A stretch of 64,000 bases of DNA, taken from the sequence record NC_019517.1; one strand, 5' to 3'. Position 1 is the first letter of the stretch. Each line of letters begins with the position of its first letter. The stretch comes from Escherichia phage FV3. A program made the position numbers and the translations under genes. The notes below the pieces were generated by a model that saw nothing but the letters and a program-made list of their open reading frames with translations, made no database searches and was not told where the DNA came from. Below, piece by piece: positions 45,266 through 53,050 of the stretch.

Positions 45266-45517
45266 TTACAGATTGCTCCAGTACAATCGGCATTTACATT
45301 TTGGGCAATGAGGTTCTTTTATGTAATAACCGTCAGTCTTTGGAACACTTTTTGGTGCAGTTTTAATATTGTACCTGGTAAAACATCGGAAGCAGGTTAC
45401 CTCTCCGATCTGCTGATCGTTGATCCACTCGCCAGAGTAAAGCTCTTTCTTGTTTCTCATAATTCTCTCCCAAATCCTCTGCAATCTTATACCAAAATCT
45501 CCAGCCAGAAAGCACAC
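45266..45517 (-). CDS. small zinc-ribbon protein
   Basis: 83 aa; CFRC...CPKCKC. Confidence 0.45.
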   Translation of the reverse strand: MCFLAGDFGIRLQRIWERIMRNKKELYSGEWINDQQIGEVTCFRCFTRYNIKTAPKSVPKTDGYYIKEPHCPKCKCRLYWSNL

Positions 45518-45711
45518 GGGAACACTTTGAGGATTGAATCTTTACTTGGCTCGGAAGTTCTTTTTCCGTATGGTAGGTAGAAATACCCTCCTGCAGATTC
45601 GAATATAGCTCCTTCGGTTGTATCTACCACAGCAAGAATTAAGATTTTAGTCTCCACAGTGCTCTCCTCTCTTAGTTGTTGTGGAAACTATATCACCTCA
45701 GAAGATGGTCG

Positions 45712-46269
45712 TCAACACTTTTTGTACTCCACCACAATCACATCAATGTCTGTGGTGGCAAGATTAATGACGTCTTCCACGTGTTCCCACTTTAGACCAC
45801 CAATACCGCATCCGATTTTAGGAATGTAGAACGGTAATGACATACCTTTGAATACCTCGTTGACTCGCTCAAAGCCTTTCATGATTGAGAAGTATTCAGC
45901 ATTGGGCCCTGGGTAGAACTGGGTATACAGGTTGATTCCATATACGACCCTGTTCTTGGCAAAATGCTCCCAACAAGAAAACATGCCCAGCTTGTCTAGA
46001 TTACCATAAGCAGTCTCTTTGTCGGCTGCCAGTGCTTGAGGGAACTCACGGGCAATATCTTTCGCTATACCTGCACCCATTGTGTGAAAGCAGTTACAAC
46101 CGTGGATCATGTGGCCTGACCCTTTCTTGAAAATGGAGATTAGATCTCCACCTATAGTATCAATAATCACGGTATGCCAGCTCCTCTTCCGCAATTTCAA
46201 AAAACTCAGTCCAGCACTGTGGCATATTGGAGTTACCGAAGTGGCTTTCATAGTAAAGGTTCTCACCAC
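45712..46269 (-). CDS. macro-domain protein (ADP-ribose binding/processing)
   Basis: IIDTIGGDL...MIHGCNCFHTMGAGIAKDI and IPKIGCGIGGL match macro-domain Gly-rich motifs; N-terminus overlaps upstream ORF, start uncertain. Confidence 0.6.
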   Translation of the reverse strand: MVRTFTMKATSVTPICHSAGLSFLKLRKRSWHTVIIDTIGGDLISIFKKGSGHMIHGCNCFHTMGAGIAKDIAREFPQALAADKETAYGNLDKLGMFSCWEHFAKNRVVYGINLYTQFYPGPNAEYFSIMKGFERVNEVFKGMSLPFYIPKIGCGIGGLKWEHVEDVINLATTDIDVIVVEYKKC

Positions 46270-46585
46270 TCGGAAGATAGAAATCTGTTACCTCGTAGAA
46301 TCCACAATCGTCGCACTCACCTTCTTCAAACTTGGCCTCAACCTTGATACCGAGGAAGGTGAAAAGTTTATGGATATCTTCAGTTTCGAACTCCCAGTGA
46401 ATGTTGTTTTCCGCATCGGTGTAGAACTGGATCAGCAGACCATTGTCCAGTTTACCAAAATACTCTGTGAAGTAACTTCCTTCCCAGAAATCTTTATGAC
46501 AAATAATATCCATGCGTTTGCCCATAATAATGGTGTGAGCGTTTTGGGCATCGTCACGAATCAGTTTTGGCATTTCATAGGTCAT
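46160..46585 (-). CDS. hypothetical acidic protein
   Basis: 141-aa ORF. Confidence 0.45.
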   Translation of the reverse strand: MTYEMPKLIRDDAQNAHTIIMGKRMDIICHKDFWEGSYFTEYFGKLDNGLLIQFYTDAENNIHWEFETEDIHKLFTFLGIKVEAKFEEGECDDCGFYEVTDFYLPSGENLYYESHFGNSNMPQCWTEFFEIAEEELAYRDY

Positions 46586-46653
46586 CTTAGTTCTCCGGGT
46601 TCAACAGGTGGTGGCGCTATAGGAAGATCATAAAACATGGCTATCACATCCTC

Positions 46654-46851
46654 TTACACAGGAATTGCTTCAAATAGACCGTTATCTATACCGTCCTTCA
46701 GATAGAGATTATATTCTATGTCGGTATCTGTATAAAGGGCAGCATCCAGCATTCTATCTGTGAGTCCATCCATCGGGTGGAGAAACCACCACCCACGCCA
46801 GTCAAAGTAACAGCCTGGTGCATCTTCTCTTACACGTATTCGATAAATCAT
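46654..46851 (-). CDS. hypothetical protein
   Basis: 65-aa ORF. Confidence 0.4.
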   Translation of the reverse strand: MIYRIRVREDAPGCYFDWRGWWFLHPMDGLTDRMLDAALYTDTDIEYNLYLKDGIDNGLFEAIPV

Positions 46852-46947
46852 GGGCAGTGGCCTCCTGTTAGTTATACATCCCAGTTTTCTTCGTTCATCA
46901 CGTCCTCCCGTTCTATGAAGTTATAATTGCACACCTTTCAATCTGTG

Positions 46948-47364
46948 TCAACAGAAAACTTCAACAAATTCTTCCACAGTTTTAATGTCGTGGGAAAAAG
47001 GTTTACGGCTATAACGGGCAATAGCACTATCAACCATCGCCCGGTACTCCAAATCTTCAGAATATTTCATGAAGCATTGTAGCGTCTCTGGACAGATAGC
47101 TAAATAGCTCCACCACCCCTCTTCAGATTGGTAGTCGAATCCCATACTCTCCAACCATGAAGCATATACGCCTGCACCCTCAAGCCAGTGAGTATTTTCA
47201 TCCAGAAACTTGTTAATAGACATGTGAGCTTCTAAGCATTTATCCAGCTCTTTCCCGTTAACCAGCCACGCACTGACAGTGGCGCATCCAAGGTCCACAG
47301 ATTGAGTTGATAGATTGTATTGGTCATAGTTCTCAGGTTTAACAATGATATCTTCTAATGTCAT
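46948..47364 (-). CDS. hypothetical protein
   Basis: 138 aa; RBS AAGGAGA. Confidence 0.5.
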   Translation of the reverse strand: MTLEDIIVKPENYDQYNLSTQSVDLGCATVSAWLVNGKELDKCLEAHMSINKFLDENTHWLEGAGVYASWLESMGFDYQSEEGWWSYLAICPETLQCFMKYSEDLEYRAMVDSAIARYSRKPFSHDIKTVEEFVEVFC

Positions 47365-47382
47365 TTTTCAGATCTCCTTATA

Positions 47383-47411
47383 CAAAAATGCCCCACCCTT
47401 TCGGGCAGGGC
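47383..47411 (-). terminator. intrinsic terminator after SSB-like gene (repeat of 58383-58410)
   Basis: Minus-strand GCCCTGCCC-GAAA-GGGTGGGGC hairpin followed by U-run. Confidence 0.5.
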
Positions 47412-47426
47412 TATGTTAACTAGATG

Positions 47427-48653
47427 TTAAAAAGGAATGTCATCATCAAAGGCGTATTGTGCCGGATTCTGATCCATCGGGTCATCTCCGTCATCATCTA
47501 CAGGAGGGGCGTCTACAGTGTTTTGCTGTGGAGTGGCTTCCTGTTTGGCAGCTTGAGGTTCTTGATGCTCAGTAGTCCCCGCACCATTCTTGATCCAATC
47601 GTACAACGGTTCAGCAAGATTAGTCAAGACATCTTTTGCCTCTGCAGTAATTGCTGCTGCAAAATCATCAACTTTCGTTTTCTTGTCAATACGGCGACAA
47701 GCGTTCAATACCGCGTTACCAACACTGGCACCTACTTCATCTTCAGTCCGGTTGGTGGCTTGAGCGTACTCTTTCTTAAGCTCGATGGTGACCACGTGCA
47801 ATGTTTTAGCCACATCTAAAGGGCTGTCAATCTTAAACCCGCGATCCAGAATGATCTGCAACGCATTGATACTGTGCCCTGTCTCTACACCAATGGGGTC
47901 GTAAGAGGATTTACGCTTACCACCAGAACCTTGTGTACCGTTCTCTGCTTTAGGCGGGTAGGCCTTGAAGCCGCTGATAATATTCCCGGTGTCTTTGTCA
48001 ACAATAGCTGCAACACGACCGCCAACCACCAGGTCTTTAAGCTGCTCATCGGAGACAACCATAGCACCTTCGCCAATCTTGTGGTCATTGACAGTAACCA
48101 CGTTACCAACAATCTGAGTCACATCACCATAGATGCGTAAAACGTCCTGATTGGCATTCTGCTGAGGTTTCTGCTTTTGGCCTTGTGATTGTGTGCCTTG
48201 TTGCTGTTTTTGTTGCTGTGGAGCTGCTGGAGCCTCTCCTGCCCCCAGCTTAACCATTTTAGCCAATGAGCCTTTGTAGTAGGTCTTACCGTTATGCTCA
48301 TTTGCCTTTAAAGGGATATTTACGATCCATCCTGGCGTTACTGTTTCCCACTTGTCATCAATTTTAACAGAGACGGAATCTTGATGACCAGGTTTGAGCA
48401 ATTTATCACCCATGCTGATCCAAACTTCTTCACCACCTTGAAGTAGGTTATCAGAAGAATCCAGTTCAGAAATCAGTAAAGAGATGGTGTGACTGGACTC
48501 GATTTTCTTACCTTGCCACACAGTGGTTTTAATACCTGTTGTAGGATCAGCACCTTTGATAGGTTTGATGCTGACACGTTTAATCATGCCGTGAGCCAGT
48601 AAAACAGTTTCACGCGGATTCATCGGGTTGGCAAATTGTTGAATAACGCTCAT
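47427..48653 (-). CDS. single-stranded DNA-binding protein-like, C-terminal DDDIPF tail
   Basis: ATG at 48653 (MSVIQQ...) after AGGAGA RBS; Gln-rich linker; last six residues DDDIPF as in bacterial SSB. Confidence 0.6.
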   Translation of the reverse strand: MSVIQQFANPMNPRETVLLAHGMIKRVSIKPIKGADPTTGIKTTVWQGKKIESSHTISLLISELDSSDNLLQGGEEVWISMGDKLLKPGHQDSVSVKIDDKWETVTPGWIVNIPLKANEHNGKTYYKGSLAKMVKLGAGEAPAAPQQQKQQQGTQSQGQKQKPQQNANQDVLRIYGDVTQIVGNVVTVNDHKIGEGAMVVSDEQLKDLVVGGRVAAIVDKDTGNIISGFKAYPPKAENGTQGSGGKRKSSYDPIGVETGHSINALQIILDRGFKIDSPLDVAKTLHVVTIELKKEYAQATNRTEDEVGASVGNAVLNACRRIDKKTKVDDFAAAITAEAKDVLTNLAEPLYDWIKNGAGTTEHQEPQAAKQEATPQQNTVDAPPVDDDGDDPMDQNPAQYAFDDDIPF

Positions 48654-49018
48654 TATTTGTCTCCTTGTTCTTCGTTGGTGTTTGCTGTGTGTGCAAACCC
48701 TGCTTGAATTAATTTGTCCTGCACTTGAGCCAACAGGCCCATTGCAAAACTTGTCGTCCCAGAAAGGGCCATTAGCATATCTCGTTGCTGAGCTACCCAA
48801 CCTAAGGCATAATCCAAACGACGATATTTTTCTTCTTCGCGCAGAGCCTGAAATAATTGTTCAGCCTCTGGTTGTTGTGTGAGCTCCTGAAGTCTCCCCA
48901 TGAAAGAAGAGAGCACTAGCAGGAGAGACACCTGATCTTTGCTTAACCCTAAGAAAAATTCTTGAGGTTGTTCTTGCTCGTTCATCGCAACCGACGCTTG
49001 ATCGTTCATTTGTTCCAT
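48653..49018 (-). CDS. hypothetical acidic protein
   Basis: Probable start MEQMNDQ; stop overlaps SSB start (TAATG). Confidence 0.45.
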   Translation of the reverse strand: MEQMNDQASVAMNEQEQPQEFFLGLSKDQVSLLLVLSSFMGRLQELTQQPEAEQLFQALREEEKYRRLDYALGWVAQQRDMLMALSGTTSFAMGLLAQVQDKLIQAGFAHTANTNEEQGDK

Positions 49019-49100
49019 TATGGAATCTCCGATTTTATTTGAACAACATAAAGGAGACACCATTTTAGCATCTCCTTCTGTAAATTACAACAGATATTTG

Positions 49101-49346
49101 TTAGCCAATTACTTCGAAAGTACCCCAACTCCCGTTCAGCAGGCAGGTGATCGGATCACCATCATCATCAATTATTTCAAAGTTTTCAACATCCAGAATA
49201 TGGTCATCGAACACAATACTTTCGTCACCACCGCCAGAAACAACAGTGTATTCCTTACCTTGAGTCAAGTTTTGACACCCTTTGCCACCAAAACCCACTT
49301 CAACACAACGCACTTTCTGTCCTGCACGAGCAACTACTTCAGCCAT
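49101..49346 (-). CDS. hypothetical protein
   Basis: 81-aa ORF. Confidence 0.45.
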   Translation of the reverse strand: MAEVVARAGQKVRCVEVGFGGKGCQNLTQGKEYTVVSGGGDESIVFDDHILDVENFEIIDDDGDPITCLLNGSWGTFEVIG

Positions 49347-49363
49347 CTTAAGGTCTCCTGATA

Positions 49364-49666
49364 TTAATCGTCAAGTTCAAAATAGATTTTAACAGCTTCA
49401 TCAAAGATTGGAATCCCGATGTTGTTGATAAGCTGCCAAACTACCATATCTTTACCGGGATCTGGGAGAATGTCAACCTTTCTCCATGCACTGTAGACCC
49501 AGTTTGGACCACCTTCTGCGCTAATTGGAAGATTTTCACCAGCTTCCTGCAGATACTTATACAGCAAAAGATATTCTGGGTACTCTAGAACACTATCCTC
49601 TGTGGTATACAATAGTTCACGGTATACTTTCAGGAATCCTTCTGGTGTAATGTTTTCAGTCTTCAT
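49364..49666 (-). CDS. hypothetical protein
   Basis: ATG at 49666 (MKTENI...) after AGGAGA RBS. Confidence 0.45.
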   Translation of the reverse strand: MKTENITPEGFLKVYRELLYTTEDSVLEYPEYLLLYKYLQEAGENLPISAEGGPNWVYSAWRKVDILPDPGKDMVVWQLINNIGIPIFDEAVKIYFELDD

Positions 49667-50060
49667 TTGCTGCTTCTCCTGCATTCATCAGATCTGCCAT
49701 AGCGTCACCCACGAATAGGACAACCACGTCGTTGACAGCGTCAGCATCATCTTTATTAATGTTGCTGAATTTGGGGCACACTGCAATGACCATATATACC
49801 CCGTTGCCCAACTGAACAGTGCGTGTAGTGCACATCAGTGTGGTGTTTGTGCCTTCTTTAAAGGCAAATCCTTGCAGACGTTCTTCCAGAGAGTCGCCTG
49901 TTGATTTCAACAAGGCAAGATCGCCCAATGCGTAGGTAGTGTCCTCATAGGTCAGTCCAGAGGTCAGTGTTGCCTTTCCATCAGAAACTATAATAACCCC
50001 ATCGGCACCGTCAAGCTCAGAGGCTTCAAAGATATTGATATCCCAAATGTTTTTCATCAC
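49656..50060 (-). CDS. hypothetical protein
   Basis: 134-aa ORF. Confidence 0.5.
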   Translation of the reverse strand: MMKNIWDINIFEASELDGADGVIIVSDGKATLTSGLTYEDTTYALGDLALLKSTGDSLEERLQGFAFKEGTNTTLMCTTRTVQLGNGVYMVIAVCPKFSNINKDDADAVNDVVVLFVGDAMADLMNAGEAANED

Positions 50061-50389
50061 TCTGCCTCATCATCTAAGTAATCATCAAGAGAGGTGAAGA
50101 TTTCACCGAAGTATTCTAAGATTTCTAGCTCGCGTGTGGTGCAGCAAACATAATCTCCCTGGTCGTCCTTGATAGTAGCCTCTTTACCCAGCACATCCAC
50201 TTCAAATTCGTCGTTCAACAGGACGGCCCCTGTGTAAACTTTGTCAGCTGTGCAGTCCCGAAAAGCAGAGTCCTTTTCCAGATAGTCTGGCTTAACCTTG
50301 GCTTTAATTCGTTGATATTGTTTGGTCATTGCTGTGGTCCCCTTTCGTTTTGATAGGGCCATTATATTAGGCCCCATCACTGTTGTCAA
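50057..50389 (-). CDS. hypothetical protein (paralog of 50393..50647)
   Basis: Shares KxKP..L..D.AF(R/K)DCT motif with neighbour. Confidence 0.5.
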   Translation of the reverse strand: MTTVMGPNIMALSKRKGTTAMTKQYQRIKAKVKPDYLEKDSAFRDCTADKVYTGAVLLNDEFEVDVLGKEATIKDDQGDYVCCTTRELEILEYFGEIFTSLDDYLDDEAE

Positions 50390-50392
50390 GTA

Positions 50393-50647
50393 TTAATGTT
50401 CAGGTTTTACAAAAACTACTTCATTAACAGTGCACCAGACAGAGTCTCCTTCATCATCTTTAAAGGTAAGGCACTGGGCTGAGTTTTCCAGCTCATCAAT
50501 CTCTTCTTGTGATAAAGGGGCCCCTTCTTCCAGAAGGGCTTTTACCAGAGGGTTCTCACAAAACTCTGCTTCATAAATTGCACCGACTGTGCAATCCTTA
50601 AAAGCTCGGTCATTTGCAACGCATTCTGGCTTCAAAGTAATTTTCAT
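50393..50647 (-). CDS. hypothetical protein (paralog of 50057..50389)
   Basis: 84-aa ORF. Confidence 0.5.
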   Translation of the reverse strand: MKITLKPECVANDRAFKDCTVGAIYEAEFCENPLVKALLEEGAPLSQEEIDELENSAQCLTFKDDEGDSVWCTVNEVVFVKPEH

Positions 50648-50723
50648 CTTGGCAGTCTCCTTAGTTATTTAAAAATCAACGCTCTGTTTGTGTGAAGCAT
50701 CTTATATCCAATCTTACTTCTTG

Positions 50724-51122
50724 TCAATGGCTATTTTCAATCATCCACACAGGGTCGAGGTAAATTTGTTGGCGTTTTGCCCAATGACAAACTTCATTGT
50801 ACATCTGAATCTCTTTATCTGTCAATTCACGAATAGGCTCATCTATGCCCTCATTTTTGTGGTAATCCCAGTCGGCATCGATTTCCCACAACCATGACTT
50901 ATGATCTTCACGCTTACGCACACAGAAGTCCCCAGGACGGCCTGCCAGTGCATTTAAGAACTCGTTCTCCGCTCGCTCCTGGAGAATACTGAGGAGCAAA
51001 ACGTTGGAGCACGACCGTAAGATATGCTTCAGCTCACAATCATCAATCTCAACTTCAATACGTTGCTTGACTGTGTGGGTACCTTTTACTAACATTCTGC
51101 CTCCTCTAGACAAACTCTGCAA
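50724..51122 (-). CDS. hypothetical protein
   Basis: 132-aa ORF. Confidence 0.5.
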   Translation of the reverse strand: MQSLSRGGRMLVKGTHTVKQRIEVEIDDCELKHILRSCSNVLLLSILQERAENEFLNALAGRPGDFCVRKREDHKSWLWEIDADWDYHKNEGIDEPIRELTDKEIQMYNEVCHWAKRQQIYLDPVWMIENSH

Positions 51123-51300
51123 GGGTTGTGTTGTTCACTGCACCGCAGTAGATGGAATACCCCAACCCATTATGGTGCAGAAACCACGGCACACCTTGGT
51201 CATCCTTCACGTATACATCTCCATTTTCCGTAAAGGGCCAATACTCCTCTCCGATGGTAAAATACCTACTCATACCTTCAGCCAGATACTTTACTTTCAT
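51106..51300 (-). CDS. small protein, member of three-gene tandem paralog set
   Basis: 64 aa; shared VKDDQG.PWFL-type motif. Confidence 0.45.
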   Translation of the reverse strand: MKVKYLAEGMSRYFTIGEEYWPFTENGDVYVKDDQGVPWFLHHNGLGYSIYCGAVNNTTLAEFV

Positions 51301-51524
51301 AGATCCTCTTCAACAGCTACAAACTTGGCAAGTAGGGTGGTTCCATAGATATGATACTCACCATTTGCCAGATGGGAGATAAACCAGGCAACACCTTCCT
51401 CGTCTTCGATCATATTGTTCCTGCGATCCTTATCGTAGTAAACCTTGTAGACCTTACCTTCTTCAAAGAATGACAGGTCTGTCATCTTTTCTTCTACAAA
51501 CGTCGCTTTAACCAAAGTTGTCAT
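51297..51524 (-). CDS. small protein, member of three-gene tandem paralog set
   Basis: 75 aa; shared IEDEEGVAWFI motif. Confidence 0.45.
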   Translation of the reverse strand: MTTLVKATFVEEKMTDLSFFEEGKVYKVYYDKDRRNNMIEDEEGVAWFISHLANGEYHIYGTTLLAKFVAVEEDL

Positions 51525-51805
51525 TGATCTGCCTCCTTCTTGTTGAGCCGGAACACTGCAATAATAGCATTTCCAAGATGCAGTGTCAAATCATTTCCCA
51601 GATACCATAACATTCCACGGTCATCTTTAATGAAAGGGTAACAATCCGGTGCCTTCCAGACATTATACACTTTGCCGACCTGAAAGAAATCAGGCCCTGT
51701 TGGAATTTTAGTACCTGGCCACACTTGAGACACCTGAACGCACTCTACCTGCATAATAACAGGAATAGTCATGGAGGTAAATGTTTTTGTCGGTTCTACT
51801 ACCAT
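51521..51805 (-). CDS. small protein, member of three-gene tandem paralog set
   Basis: ATG at 51805 after GAGAGGAG RBS; IKDDRGMLWYL motif. Confidence 0.45.
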   Translation of the reverse strand: MVVEPTKTFTSMTIPVIMQVECVQVSQVWPGTKIPTGPDFFQVGKVYNVWKAPDCYPFIKDDRGMLWYLGNDLTLHLGNAIIAVFRLNKKEADQ

Positions 51806-51854
51806 AAAAGTCTCCTCTCTATCTAACAACACTTCCGTGTGTTGATAGTTTACA

Positions 51855-52208
51855 TTAGTGACAATCGCCCCAGTTACGACCACACAAGTATTCACCTGTG
51901 ATCTGGAACGGAACGCCCATCATTTTAGAAGCTTGCCAGAAGCAATGCACCACCATTTCGCCCACAGGGCTCCAGATAAGTTCAAGCTTTCCGTCCTCGT
52001 TCAAGATAGGATCGTATACCGTATTTCCATCCTTGTCAACCACTTCGTTTCCGTCCTCATCCTTGCGTGCCTTTTTGTACTTATGACCGTCGAACACATG
52101 AAGTTTGGCCTCCTGCTCTGCCTTAAATGCTTCCAGTTCTTCGATTGTGTCGAAGGTGTACACAGTCTTATACTTCGGTGTGTCAGGTACTTGAAGTTGG
52201 TACTCATC
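51855..52208 (-). CDS. DNA polymerase (family A), exon 2
   Basis: Begins DEYQLQV (motif C continuation) and ends GRNWGDCH, matching the T7 gp5 C-terminus (DEIQVG...GPNWAICH) as recalled. Confidence 0.75.
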   Translation of the reverse strand, partial: DEYQLQVPDTPKYKTVYTFDTIEELEAFKAEQEAKLHVFDGHKYKKARKDEDGNEVVDKDGNTVYDPILNEDGKLELIWSPVGEMVVHCFWQASKMMGVPFQITGEYLCGRNWGDCH

Positions 52209-53050
52209 CAACAGTTCAGGTAGGTCGTTAAGCTACCCCGCACCATTACGTGCATAGCCATACAGTTTCCCGTATGGATCGGACTATCTCACTGCCTTGT
52301 TACCAAGGCACCTCTCATTTCGACCGCACTTGCTGGCCTACTCTACTCGCTTCTTCACACCAAACTATGTTGGAGCTATGCTTTCGATAGTCTCTGAACG
52401 TTACTACCAGGTGTAGTTTTTAGAGATATGTTTCCACTGTCTTCTTTGCTTTATGGCCCTGACCGTTTCATAAGGATACCCAAGATCCCTAATCTCACAT
52501 TGTCGTAGACCGCTCTGTAACAGTTCGCAAATCTCAATTACCTCATCCTCGGTCAGCACAGCATTGGCATTATACTCGCCGACTGGCCTTACTCTGAGGT
52601 CATTATCGTAGGCGTGTTTGATATTTCCACCAGGGGTGGTCCACTCCAGGTTCCAGTATGCATTGTTGTACTTATTTCCATCCTTATGGTTCACCCATGT
52701 GAGCCTTTCAGGATCAGGGTTTGATACAAAGCATTCGGCAACTAAGTGGTGGACACCTTTTGTGTACTGCTTCCCCTCTATGAACATGGTCACGCAAAGG
52801 TAACCTCGACCATTATCAAAACAAAACATTGTTGTATGATCACGTTTCGATAAAGGTATTGTTCCATCATCAAACACGGTATACCCGTGATAATCAGCTG
52901 ATCTAGCCATTTTAACTACACCCCTTTAGTCTTCGCTGCGGATTAGCATATTGAGCTTTTACCATGTTTAGGTGTAAAAGTCAACTTAGCCTTCCCGTCA
53001 ATTAAAGAGGTTTTCGACGTGCATCACTGCACGAAGCCACAATGTTATTT
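52209..53050 (-). mobile_element. group I intron with HNH homing-endonuclease ORF, inserted in DNA polymerase motif C
   Basis: Exon 1 ends ...YYH with T before the intron and an immediate stop; intron ends in G before GAT GAG; 5' part has AATTGACGGGAAGGC (Tetrahymena AAUUGCGGGAAAGG-like), 3' part has GTTCAGAGACTATCG and GAGATAGTCCGATCC (R/S-like P7 elements). Confidence 0.8.
52404..52910 (-). CDS. HNH homing endonuclease (intron-encoded)
   Basis: 168 aa; WVNHKDGNKYNNAYWNLEW; paralogous to the nrdD intron endonuclease. Confidence 0.8.
   Translation of the reverse strand: MARSADYHGYTVFDDGTIPLSKRDHTTMFCFDNGRGYLCVTMFIEGKQYTKGVHHLVAECFVSNPDPERLTWVNHKDGNKYNNAYWNLEWTTPGGNIKHAYDNDLRVRPVGEYNANAVLTEDEVIEICELLQSGLRQCEIRDLGYPYETVRAIKQRRQWKHISKNYTW

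Noticed and set aside
52209-53050. Intein as the explanation for the interrupted DNA polymerase
   Set aside because: The insert is not in frame with the exons (stop one codon past the junction; the endonuclease ORF has its own start and stop) and it carries group I intron sequence elements, so an RNA intron fits better.
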